The notes beneath the pieces are model-generated. The model made no database searches, was not told where the DNA came from, and worked only from the letters and a program-made list of their open reading frames with translations. 64,000 nucleotides of DNA, taken from positions 372,001 through 436,000 of the forward strand of contig OY986949.1 of assembly GCA_963920595.1 (NCBI GenBank), in the 5' to 3' direction. The stretch's first letter is position 1. Each line of letters begins with the position of its first letter. This document shows, piece by piece, positions 38,183 to 51,302 of this stretch. The DNA is from Eimeria praecox. Its lineage: Eukaryota. The position numbers and the translations under genes are program-made.

Positions 38183-41100
38183 CTTACGGCCTGTGCCATC
38201 CTCAACGCCACAAGATATTCATGCTACTATGGGGCAAGCGCAAACTCGCTACTCCATGCCAGCACTAGACAATCCCCAGAAATTCAATCGCACGTGGCAA
38301 ACACCTTGTCCAGGTCTTCATCCCTGGTGCGGACACAAACACCATCAATACCGGCGTAGACTGCATCGCTCTTGTCGTTCCCGTTGGTGAACAGCGTCTA
38401 TTTCGCAAGGCTTCCCATGGATGGCAAACCTCAATGGCTGGCTGGTAGTGGCTTCGGAGGCTGTGACCTGCGTGTCATAATGGCCACAATCGCAACCGCT
38501 TTACTCACCCCACGGATGCTCTAGCCGCCCCCCGTCACAAATAGCCAATGCGCAACCTTTTGCCAGCCTACCACCCAATGCTACCATACACAAGCTAGTT
38601 CGCATTCCAACCACCACAGGCTTTCACATCACCCAATGACTCACAACGACTGGCATGCGAGACGCCACGACAGACAGGCCACTATAGAATCCTTGATCGG
38701 CAAAAACAAGGATGTGGCAGCGCCGCTGTTCTACTGTGGAACGCAAAACCGAACCATCTGTGCTCGTCAGTCTAAAGGACGTGGCTTGGATACGATCCGC
38801 AAAGGGGGCAACATCGCAGACATGGGCTCAGAGCTGCATTCTTTACATCCTCCGGCATCCAGACTAACGAGTCGCCTTCCAACTCGCCATACACCACGGT
38901 GAATCAACCACATCCGCTGACGTAAGTTCTTGCTGCAGTGAGACTCCCGCCACTTTGGGGCTCGAGCAATGCACTGGCATGCGACTGCAAGCTGTTACGA
39001 AAAGGCGCACTTCCTGGAAGCCACCAACAACTGCCCTGTACGGACGACTACTTGTTTGCGCCGAAGTCGGCACTACCGCCTAACACCAAATGTCTGCTGC
39101 ATGGCGTGCCAACAACGTCACTCCGACAACAAGGCAGCTACAGTGACCACCAGCAGTTGGTGCATGCACCGGCACTAAGGATAAATTCGCATACGCATTG
39201 TATCATCGCAAGCTTGCGTTGGCTTGACCGGCTAGCAAAACAATGTCAACGTTGACGGTGGATTTGAGAAGCCCCACTATTGAGCTTTGGCACATCTCAT
39301 GCACTACTGCAGGCGTGCAGGCCAACTCACCCCGCAATCTCAAGCCTTCGGAGGTAACCATAAACGCATACCACACGTCACAGGGACGCCAAGTGCATTT
39401 CTAGTGCTATGACTGGCCTACCAATGCTGTCGTCCACTGCTGGAGCCCAAACGCACCAACTGCATGTGCTTTCAACTTACACCGACTAGCGCATCTATGC
39501 CAACTGCTGCGTGTAGCCGGTAATCCCGGCTGCCCCAACGACGTCCAACATAAACTATGCACCCTTGCCACAAGGCCGAATTGCTGTCGCCTCCATGAAT
39601 TCCATGAAGTCCGGAGCACACGTATACGCACTTCTCCCTGGCACACACAGGCATCACCAAAACCGCCAAATGCACCCCTAGACAAGCCAGCTGCTCTGCC
39701 CAGCGTACACGCGCTTTCCGAACTGCTTGATAAGGGTTCATGCCTTTGTAAGCACCGCCCAATGCCAAAGAAAAGCTTGTCTCAGCATACTCGGCGAAGG
39801 GTGTGCAAAGGCGTTTAAGCACAAGCACCTCGAACGCAACCCACTTCGTAGCGAAAGAGTCGATGGCAGGTCTCTCTGCCTCATACGCTGTGCATCGCTC
39901 ATGTTTATGGTCCTCAGTGTAGCAAAGCCGCCAGTATTGCAATCGAACTATTTTACTAGCAGATGCTGCAGAGTGTTTGTAACACGGAGATTCAACCGCT
40001 CCTTCTGGGAGCTCCAACGCTTCATGCTGTCGATTGCATAACACACACTAAGGTGGAGAGACCTACCACTTGTGCCTAGCACCTCCAATATCACTCCCGT
40101 CTAATGATTGCCAGAGGCCAACATCAAATGCCAAATAAAGGCATCCATGCTGGCTGTTTCGACTCTAAGTTAGCGTTGCAAAAACCCACCCCCTGGAAAC
40201 CCACAGCACTAAGCAAAAGCCTTCACCGACTCTTGAGCGTGCTCCACGTCAGCGTCATTTGTGCAGCACGGGTGACGAGACAAGCTTAACTAAACCAGGC
40301 AAGTACCGGATCGCGCAAATCTACACCTCAATACCTCCTTTCTCGGATCATACGCACTTGCACACGCATATGCGTATGCTACACCTACTCAGATAGCAAA
40401 TGCTAGCCCGAACTGCAATCAACTCAACAACTCTCACGCTACAACTGGATAGCACTCGCACCCGGCTGTGCACCGCAACAGCAAGCCTTACCCTGTTGCA
40501 GATAAAGCGAACAAATCAGGACCGATGCCGAAGCACCCGCCCAACCTTCATCAAACACTGTCTCCAGGGCATACAGCCTCCCACTACCAAGAAAAAGTGG
40601 CACTCAACACTCAACAGTATTCGCCAACCTGGGTTGCCGCACACATACAGAAGGCACGATAAAGTAGCGACACCGGCACGCACGTCAGACTAAACGTATA
40701 CCAGCCAGCTGTTGTTAACTGGATTCCACGATACTCCGGAATGCGCTGAAACGAACAGCGCACATGCAGGGCAGCACAGACGTTCTACAGACCGTCCACT
40801 CTATGTACGAATGTGCAGTTGTGGTTAGCGCCTCCACACTTCAACGTCTGTCAATGTCTCATAATTCCAAATATAAGCGCACTTGCTGCACGGCAAAATG
40901 CATGGAGCGATGCAGTACGTGTGGCATGCTATTCTTGCGTTGTAGGCCTTTGTGCTAATGGCTCCCGCAACCCATCGGGCCTCGTGTAGCTCCACAAGCA
41001 GAATATACAACCGATGCGCCAGACCACCTTGTCTAGCAGGTTCTAGTGAGAACATAACAACGTCCCGAAACACCAAACGCCAGTGCTCCATCTCGCTTGG

Positions 41101-42566
41101 CCAGCTCTACACTACGACACAAAAGCTCAACAATCAAAGCCTCCAGCGCAATGAGTAATTTCATATACGACTAGTGCGGGTGAATGACGCAGCCCTTCAC
41201 ACTTTGCAGTAGGCACGCGATTGGTGACGCATACGCGGCAATTATAGTATGGCGCGAACTCATGAACGTAGCCAGCAGTACGAGCTGCCGCAAAATGACG
41301 AGACCCCCGTGTGCGCCATCCTTCAAAGCACAACGTACGGCATTCCTAGCAAATTACATGCAACATGCACTGGCGCTGCAGCGTCCTTGGGCGGATGTTG
41401 CTCACAATCTTTGTAAGGCATCATTAAACGTTCAGTCAAACAAGACTGCATACATTTATGCCTAGAATAGTAAGCAGAATCGCTCTGCAGCTGTACTCAA
41501 CACGCAGACGTTGACGTCTAACCACACCTCATGCACGTCTTTTTAATTGAGCTCAGCGCCATCCTCATTCATCAAACAGTCTACGCTAGCGCAGGCAGCA
41601 ATTATGGCGGCCCAAGCAGACGCAATCCACGTGCAGGGCACGGCCAACCGTGCACTAATGAGCACTCCACGAACAGGCGGATCCCACCGTCGCTTGACTA
41701 CTCTAAAAGCCATCGACACGCAAAACGCATGGTGCACGCAAGTGCGGGCAAAATGCAAACGCCAAGAACGGACCTGCCTTCCCAAGGCAATACAACCTTA
41801 ACGGTTGGGATAAAGCCTTAGCAAAGGCGAAACACATGCACGCAGAGCAGCAGGAGGTACGTCAGTCTCGCGAGGCACGACAAACACCCGCTTTTCTTCG
41901 GAAACAGCCATACACAACCTCTTGGAGTACTCCTGACAAAGTAACGATATTCGTGCATGCTTGCAGAGCCCCACAGCCCCCATAACACACAGGATGTACA
42001 AAACTATGTTAGGGACAAAAGGAGCAAAACGAGCCATACTGCATACTCTGTCACTTCCCGCTGCGGTCAGCTCTGCAGCAGAACCTGTTAAAGCACACAA
42101 CACACAAGCCACTCAGAACACGCGTTTGAACGTGTGAACCCTTATACTACCAAATGGCATGTGGGTGTGTGGTGAACTCGAATGTGTGACTGTTCCAATA
42201 TCCTGACATACGCGCTGCAACAGCACGCAGTTGGTCACACAGCTGCTTCATATGCATGTGGGGCGGGCTGGAATGCCAAAGAGATGTCGCACAGACCACT
42301 GAACGAGCCTTCCCTGACTACGCCAACCAGGCAGGTGAAGAGAAAGAAACCAACTTACACAAACTTCAACACCGCAGAGTTCAACAGAACAAACCCGCAT
42401 CCGTCCCTGCTCGCTCCACACCGAGCACTTAACATTTACAGCACTGCGCTTTGCCACAGTAGCGCATGCCCTCACTGACCACAGCAATATCATATTAAGA
42501 ACTCCATAACAACTCCATAACAAGCCACAGGTCACTACAGTGACAACAGTCAATTCACTGTATTGC
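38183..42566. repeat. Unit B3 (4384 bp; middle type II + variant c)
   Basis: The tctcagcatactcggcgaagggtgtgcaaagg block at ~39780 is shared with B5 and B6, and in slightly varied form with B8. Confidence 0.93.
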
Positions 42567-45500
42567 CTTACGGTCTGTGCCATCCTCAACGCCACAAGAT
42601 ATTCATGCTACTATGGGGCAAGCGCAAACTCGCTACTCCATGCCAGCACTAGACAATCCCCAGAAATTCAATCGCACGTGGCAAACAACTTGTCCAGGTC
42701 TTCATCCCTAGTGCGGACACAAACACCATCAATACCGGCGTAGACTGCATCGCTCTTGTCGTTCCCGTTGGTGAACAGCGTCTACTTCGCAAGGCTGCCC
42801 ATGGAAGGTAATGCATCAAACCTCAATGGCTGGCTGATAGTGGCTTCGGAGGCTGTGACCTGCGTGTCATAATGGCCACAATCGCAACCGCTTTACTCAC
42901 CCCACGGATGCTCTATCCATCCCGCGTCACAAATAGCCAATGCGCAACCTTTTGCCAGCCTACCACCCAACGCTACCATACACACGCTGGTCCACATTCC
43001 AACCACTACAGGCTTTCACATCACCCAATGACTCACAACGACTGGCATGCGAGACGCCACGACAGACAGGCCACTATAGAATCCTTGATCGGCAGAAACA
43101 AGGATGTGGCAGCGCCGCTGTTCTACTGTGGAACGCAAAACCGAACCGTCTGTGCTCTTCAGTCTAAAGGGCGTGGCTTGGATACGATCCGCAAAGGGGG
43201 CAACATCGCAGACATGGGCTCAGAGCTGCATTCTTTACATCCTCTGGCATCCAGACTAACGAGTCGCCTTCCAACTCGCCATACACCACGGTGAATCAAC
43301 CACATCCGCTGACGTAAGTTCTTGCTGCAGTGACACTCCCGCCACTTTGGGGCTCGAGCAATGCACTGGCATGCGACTGCAAGCTGTTACGAAAAGGCGC
43401 ACTTGCTGAAAGCCACCAACAACTGCCCTGTACGGACGACTACTTGTTTGCGCCGAAGTCGGCACTACCGCCTAACACCAAATGTCTGCTGCATGGCGTG
43501 CCAACAACGTCACTCCGACAACAAGGCAGCTACAGTGGCCAGCAGCACTTACTCGATGCACTGGAGCTAATGATATACCCATTTTAGGTATGTACTGTCT
43601 CGACCACCTGTGGAAGCAAGCGCCTAGCAAAGAACGCCAACATTGGCGGGTGGCTCTGAAAAGATGCAATCTTGTACTTTCATGTGTTGAATATACTTCC
43701 GTATTGGGCTGCGTTTCATGTCCCGCAAATTTCGTCGTTGCAGCAGATCGTTAAGGCCATAAAAGTTGTCAGGTACCTTTCCAACGTGCTGGCTAGCCAG
43801 GGAATCCTGCCGTGCACTCGTGGTATCTGAACGTACCTCCTGAAATCGCGTTAGCTTCGCTTAATCTAACACACGGATGGCGCCTGCCGTGTGCAAAGCT
43901 CAAGTTGAGGGGCGAGCGGTGTTAAAATGTCCGAATTCGAGCTATGTGCACTTGCTTCATACGGAGACTTCGTGCGCACACAGAAAGCAAACGCGAAACA
44001 AGTGTACTATGGCAAGGCCCAATTATTGCCTCCTCGACTTCAGAGACCCATGCGGATGCGTGTGGAGGACCATTTCTTCTGTCCTCACGCAAACACCCAC
44101 CACCGCAAATGCGCATACCCATTGAGAATGATTTCTGCGAAAAACGTAAGAACCCCTGCCCCCCTGTCTAGTAAGGCTACAGGTTTCTGTACGAAGTGTG
44201 CAATGCCCTAGAAATGCATACCGAAGTGTACCTCATTGACATGAAAATAACCTTCTTAATCTAGATACAGCCCACTTCAATCGAAAAATTACGGCACAGT
44301 CCCCCTGGTTCATACCATGCATACCGCCAATGCTCAAGACTCTCCAATTCCTCTGCGTTTTTGGCACTGGCGCGCTTCAAAAAAAGTAGTACCATAAACA
44401 ATACGAAGACAGCAAATCCACCACAAGCAGCTTCCCCAGTGCCATCCACAACTGACCCCCCGCCAAGCATAAAGACACACCCAATTCCATCCCTGAGAAA
44501 CAGCGCCAAGCGATCTGCTTCAAATGAATGCACTTGACAGTTTTAATGACATACTAGCTGGCCGCTCACAGAATTATGCAAGTAGGTTCCCCGTTACTGA
44601 CAAAGCCTACAAGCACGGTTCACTAAAATAAGTTTTGCTGGACTACGAAAGTTCCAGGTCCCGCAAAGCCAAGACGTTCTTTCTCCAGCCCCGGCCTCTA
44701 CGCAAATATGCAAGCACATAAGCATGCATGCTTCGCCGAGAGAACAGACACGAGTCCGAACACATACCACCTCCTGCAAGGCTTGCTGCAGCGCCACAAT
44801 GCATTATTAACGGCCTATGGTTTGGTGTAAACGTGCTTCCGCAAGATGCGGACAAGCAATACCAAATCAGGAGTAATGCAAAAACAGCAGCAGCGCTTCC
44901 CTAAAGCACTCCTCTTCCGCAAAACCGACACCATTCCCAAGCACCCTTATTCGGCGGCGCTCGCCAGATTCGAATGCCGCCGAAGCACCGAAGGCAAGCC
45001 ATAGCACCGATAGGCACGTTAAACTAAACGTATGCCAGCTAGCTGGCTGGTTCCACGTGGACCTAACAATACTCCGGAATGCGCTGAAATGACAAGCAGA
45101 CATGCAGGGCAGCACAGACTTTCTACAGACCGTCCACTCTATGTACGAATGTGCAGTTGCGGTTAGCGCCTTTACACTTCAACGTCTGTCAATGTCTCAT
45201 AATTCCAAATATAAGCGCACTCCCTGCACGACAAAATCCTTGAAGCGATGCAGTACGTGTGGCATGCTATTCTTGCGTTGTAGGCCTTTGTGCTAATGGC
45301 TCCCGCAACCCATCGGGCCTCGTGTAGCTCCACAAGCAGAATATACAACCGATGCGCCAGACCACCTTGTCTAGCAGGTTCTAGTGAGAACATAACAACG
45401 TCCCGAAACACCAAACGCCAGTGCCCCATCTCGCTTGGCCAGCTCTACACTACGACACAAAAGCTCAGCAATCAGAGCCTCCAGTGCAATGAGTAATTTC

Positions 45501-46904
45501 ATATACGACTAGTGCGGGTGAACGGTGCAGCCCTTCACACTTTGCAGTAGGCACGCGATTGGTGACGCATACGCGGCAATTATAGTATGGCGCGAGCTCA
45601 TGAACGTAGCCAGCAGTACGAGTTGCAGCAAAATGACGAGATCCGCTTGTGGGCCATCCTTCAAAGCACAACGTACGGCATTCCTACGAAATTACATACA
45701 GTATGCACTGGCGCTGCAGCGTCCTTGGACTGATGCTGCTCACAATCTTTGTAAGGCATCATTAAACGTTCAGTCAAACAAGACTGCATACATTTATGCC
45801 TAGAATAGTAAGCAGAATCGCTCTGCAGCTGTACTCAACACGCAGACGTTGACGTCTAACCACACCTCATGCACGTCTTTTTAATTGAGCTCAGCGCCAT
45901 CCTCATTCATCAAACAGTCTACGCTAGCGCAGGCAGCAATTATGGCGGCCCAAGCAGACGCAATCCACGTGCAGGGCACCGCCAACCGTGCACTAATGAG
46001 CACTCCACGAACAGGCGGATCCCACCGTCGCTTGACTACTCTAAAAGCCATCGACACGCAAAACGCATGGTGCACGCAAGTGTGGGCAAAATGCAAACGC
46101 CAAGAACGGACCTGCCTTCCCAAGGCAGTACAACCTTAACGGTTGGGATAAAGCCTAAGCAAAGGCGAAGCACATGCACGCAGAGCAGCAGGAGGTACGT
46201 CAGTCTCGCGAGGCACGACAAACACCCGCTTTTCTTCGGAAACAGCCATACACAACCTCTTGGAGTACTCCTGCCAAAGTAGCGATATTCGTGCATGCTT
46301 GCAGAGCCCCACAGCCCCCATAACACACAGGATGTACAAAACTATGTTAGGGACAAAAGGAGCAAAACGAGCCATACTGCATACTCTGTCACTTCCCGCT
46401 GCGGTCAGCTCTGCAGCAGAACCTGTTAAAGCACACAACACACAAGCCACTCAGAACACGCGTTTGAACGTGTGAACCCTTATACTACCAAATGGCATGT
46501 GGGTGTGTGGTGAACTCGAATGTGTGACTGTTCCAATATCCTGACATACGCGCTGCAACAGCACGCAGTTGGTCACACAGCTGCTTCATATGCATGTGGG
46601 GCGGGCTGGAATGCCAAAGAGATGTCGCACAGACCACTGAACGAGCCTTCCCTGACTACGCCAACCAGGCAGGTGAAGAGAAAGAAACCAACTTACACAA
46701 ACTTCAACACCGCAGAGTTCAACAGAACAAACCCGCATCCGTCCCTGCTCGCTCCACACCGAGCACTTAACATTTACAGCACTGCGCTTTGCCACAGTAG
46801 CGCATGCCCTCACTGACCACAGCAATATCATATTAAGAACTCCATAACAACTCCATAACAAGCCACAGGTCACTACAGTGACAACAGTCAATTCACTGTA
46901 TTGC
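42567..46904. repeat. Unit B4 (4338 bp; ~1.5 kb replaced by a deeply diverged variant, type III)
   Basis: Matches the B consensus to ~43545 and again from ~45030; the intervening sequence is found nowhere else in the window at high identity. Confidence 0.9.
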
Positions 46905-49900
46905 CTTACGGTCTGTGCCATCCTCAACGCCACAAGATATTCATGCTACTATGGGGCAAGCGCAAACTCGCTACTCCATGCTAGCACTAGACAGTCCCCA
47001 GAAATTCAATCGCACGTGGCAAACAACTTGTCCAGGTCTTCATCCCTAGTGCGGACACAAACACCATCAATACCGGCGTAGACTGCATCGCTCTTGTCGT
47101 TCCCGTTGGTGAACAGCGTCTACTTCGCAAGGCTGCCCATGGAAGGTAATGCATCAAACCTCAATGGCTGGCTGGTAGTGGCTTCGGAGGCTGTGACCTG
47201 CGTGTCATAATGGCCACAATCGCAACCGCTTTACTCACCCCACGGATGCTCTAGCCGCCCCCCGTCACAAATAGCCAATGCGCAACCTTTTGCCAGCCTA
47301 CCACCCAATGCTACCATACACACGCTGGTCCACATTCCAACCACTACAGGCTTTCACATCACCCAATGACTCACAACGACTGGCATGCGAGACGCCACGA
47401 CAGACAGGCCACTATAGAATCCTTGATCGGCAGAAACAAGGATGTGGCAGCGCCGCTGTTCTACTGTGGAACGCAAAACCGAACCGTCTGTGCTCTTCAG
47501 TCTAAAGGAAGTGGCTTGGATACGATCCGCAAAGGGGGCAACATCGCAGACATGGGCTCAGAGCTGCATTCTTTACACCCTCCGGCATCCAGACTAATGA
47601 GTCGCCTTCCAACTCGCCATACACCACGGTGAATCAGCCACATCCGCTGACGTAAGTTCTTGCTTCAGTGAGACTCCCGCCACTTTGGGGCTCGAGCAAT
47701 GCACTGGCATGCGACTGCAAGCTGCTACGAAACGACGCACTTGCTGGAAGTCACCAACAACTGCCCTGTACGGACGACTACTTGTTTGCGCCGAAGTCGG
47801 CACTACCGCCTAACACCATATGTCTGCTGCATGGCGTGCCAACAACGTCACTCCGACAACAAGGCAGCTACAGTGGCCACCAGCAGTTGGTGCATGCACC
47901 GGCACTAAGGATAAATTCGCATACGCATTGTATCATCGCAAGCTTGCGTTGGCTTGACCGGCTAGCAAAACAATGTCAACGTTGACGGTGGATTTGAGAA
48001 GCCCCACTATTGAGCTTTGGCACATCTCATGCACTACTGCAGGCGTGCAGGCCAACTCACCCCGCAATCTCAAGCCTTCGGAGGTAACCATAAACGCATA
48101 CCACACGTCACAGGGACGCCAAGTGCATTTCTAGTGCTATGACTGGCCTACCAATGCTGTCGTCCACTGCTGGAGCCCAAACGCACCAACTGCATGTGCT
48201 TTCAACTTACACCGACTAGCGCATCTATGCCAACTGCTGCGTGTAGCCGGTAATCCCGGCTGCCCCAACGACGTCCAACATAAACTATGCACCCTTGCCA
48301 CAAGGCCGAATTGCTGTCGCCTCCATGAATTCCATGAAGTCCGGAGCACACGTATACAGTCGCGCACTTCTCCCTGGCACACACAGGCATCACCAAAACC
48401 GCCAAATGCACCCCTAGACAAGCCAGCTGCTCTGCCCAGCGTACACGCGCTTTCCGAACTGCTTGATAAGGGTTCATGCCTTTGTAAGCACCGCCCAATG
48501 CCAAAGAAAAGCTTGTCTCAGCATACTCGGCGAAGGGTGTGCAAAGGCGTTTAAGCACAAGCACCTCGAACGCAACCCACTTCGTAGCGAAAGAGTCGAT
48601 GGCAGGTCTCTCTGCCTCATACGCTGTGCATCGCTCATGTTTATGGTCCTCAGTGTAGCAAAGCCGCCAGTATTGCAATCGAACTATTTTACTAGCAGAT
48701 GCTGCAGAGTGTTTGTAACATGGAGATTCAACCGCTCCTTCTGGGCGCCCCAACGCTTCATGCTGTCGATTGCATAACACACACTAAGGTGGAGAGACCT
48801 ACCACTTGTGCCTAGCACATCCAATATCACGCCCGTCTAATGATTGCCAGAGGCCAACATCAAGTGCCAAATAAAGCAATGCATGCTGGCTGTTTCGACT
48901 CTAAGTTAGCGTTGGAAAAACTAACTTCCTGGAAACCCGCAGCACTAAGCAAAGACCTTCACCGACTCTTGAGCGTGCTCCACGTCAGCGTCATTTGTGC
49001 AGCACGGGTGACGAGACAAGCTTAACTAAACCAGGCAAGTACCCGATAGCGCAAATCTACACCTCAATACCTCCTTTCTCGGATCATACGCACTTGCACA
49101 CGCATATGCGTATGCTACACCTACTCAGATAGCAAATGCTAGCCCGAACTGCAATCAACTCAACAACTCTCACGCTACAACTGGATAGCACTCGCACCCG
49201 GCTGTGCACCGCAACAGCAAGCCTTACCCTGTTGCAGATAAAGCGAACAAATCAGGACCGATGCCGAAGCACCCGCCCAACCTTCATCAAACACTGTCTC
49301 CAGGGCATACAGCCTCCCACTACCAAGAAAAAGTGGCACTCAACACTCAGCAGTATTCGCCAACCTGGGTTGCCGCACACATACAGAAGGCACGATAAAG
49401 TAGCGACACCGGCACGCACGTCAGACTAAACGTATACCAGCCAGCTGTTGTTAACTGGATTCCACGATACTCCGGAATGCGCTGAAACGAACAGCGCACA
49501 TGCAGGGCAGCACAGACGTTCTACAGACCGTCCACTCTATGTACGAATGTGCAGTTGTGGTTAGCGCCTCCACACTTCAACGTCTGTCAATGTCTCATAA
49601 TTCCAAATATAAGCGCACTTGCTGCACGGCAAAATGCATGGAGCGATGCAGTACGTGTGGCATGCTATTCTTGCGTTGTAGGCCTTTGTGCTAATGGCTC
49701 CCGCAACCCATCGGGCCTCGTGTAGCTCCACAAGCAGAATATACAACCGATGCGCCAGACCACCTTGTCTAGCAGGTTCTAGTGAGAACATAACAACGTC
49801 CCGAAACACCAAACGCCAGTGCTCCATCTCGCTTGGCCAGCTCTACACTACGACACAAAAGCTCAACAATCAAAGCCTCCAGCGCAATGAGTAATTTCAT

Positions 49901-51302
49901 ATACGACTAGTGCGGGTGAATGACGCAGCCCTTCACACTTTGCAGTAGGCACGCGATTGGTGACGCATACGCGGCAATTATAGTATGGCGCGAACTCATG
50001 AACGTAGCCAGCAGTACGAGCTGCCGCAAAATGACGAGACCCCCGTGTGCGCCATCCTTCAAAGCACAACGTACGGCATTCCTAGGCAATTACATGCAGT
50101 ATGCACTGGCGCTGCAGCGTCCTTGGACTGATGCTGCTCACAATCTTTGTAAGGCATCATTAAACGTTCAGTCAAACAAGACTGCATACATTTATGCCTA
50201 GAATAGTAAGCAGAATCGCTCTGCAGCGGCACTCAACAGACAGACGTTGACGTCTAACCACACCTCATGCACGTCTTTTTAATTGAGCTCAGCGCCATCC
50301 TCATTCATCAAACAGTCCACGCTAGCGCAGGCAGCAATTATGGCGGCCCAAGCAGACGCAAACCACGTGCAGGGCACCGCCAACCGTGCACTAATGCGCA
50401 CTCCACGAACAGGCGAATCCCAGCGTCGCTTGACTACTCTAAAAGCCATCGACACGCAAAACGCATGGTGCACGCAAGTGTGGGCAAAATGCAAACGCCA
50501 AGAACGGACCTGCCTTCCCAAGGCAATACAACCTTAACGGTTGGGATAAAGCCTTAGCAAAGGCGAAACACATGCACGCAGAGCAGCAGGAGGTACGTCA
50601 GTCTCGCGAGGCACGACAAACACCCGCTTTTCTTCGGAAACAGCCATACACAACCTCTTGGAGTACTCCTGACAAAGTAGCGATATTCGTGCATGCTCGC
50701 AGAGCCCCACAGCCCCCATAACACACAGGATGTACAAAACTATGTTAGGGACAAAAGGAGCAAAACGAGCCATACTGCATACTCTGTCACTTCCCGCTGC
50801 GGTCAGCTCTGCAGCAGAACCTGTTAAAGCACACAACACACAAGCCACTCAGAACACGCGTTTGAACGTGTGAACCCTTATACTACCAAATGGCATGTGG
50901 GTGTGTGGTGAACTCGAATGTGTAACTGTTCCAATATCCTGACATACGCGCTGCAACAGCACGCAGTTGGTCACACAGCTGCTTCATATGCATGTGGGGC
51001 GGGCTGGAATGCCAAAGAGATGTCGCACAGACCACTGAACGAGCCTTCCCTGACTACGCCAACCAGGCAGGTGAAGAGAAAGAAACCAACTTACACAAAC
51101 TTCAACACCGCAGAGTTCAACAGAACAAACCCGCATCCGTCCCTGCTCGCTCCACACCGAGCACTTAACATTTACAGCACTGCGCTTTGCCACAGTAGCG
51201 CATGCCCTCACTGACCACAGCAATATCATATTAAGAACTCCATAACAACTCCATAACAAGCCACAGGTCACTACAGTGACAACGGTCAATTCACTGTATT
51301 GC
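46905..51302. repeat. Unit B5 (4398 bp; middle type II + variant c)
   Basis: Anchors at 46905 and 51303; ORF set essentially identical to B3. Confidence 0.93.

Noticed and set aside
39472..40044. 190-192 aa - strand ORF in B3, B5 and B6
   Set aside because: Comparison with type I copies gave roughly equal changes at codon positions 1, 2 and 3 by hand count, plus 1-nt and 4-nt frameshifts. It is also frameshifted in B8. Not supportable as a CDS, though a relic cannot be excluded.
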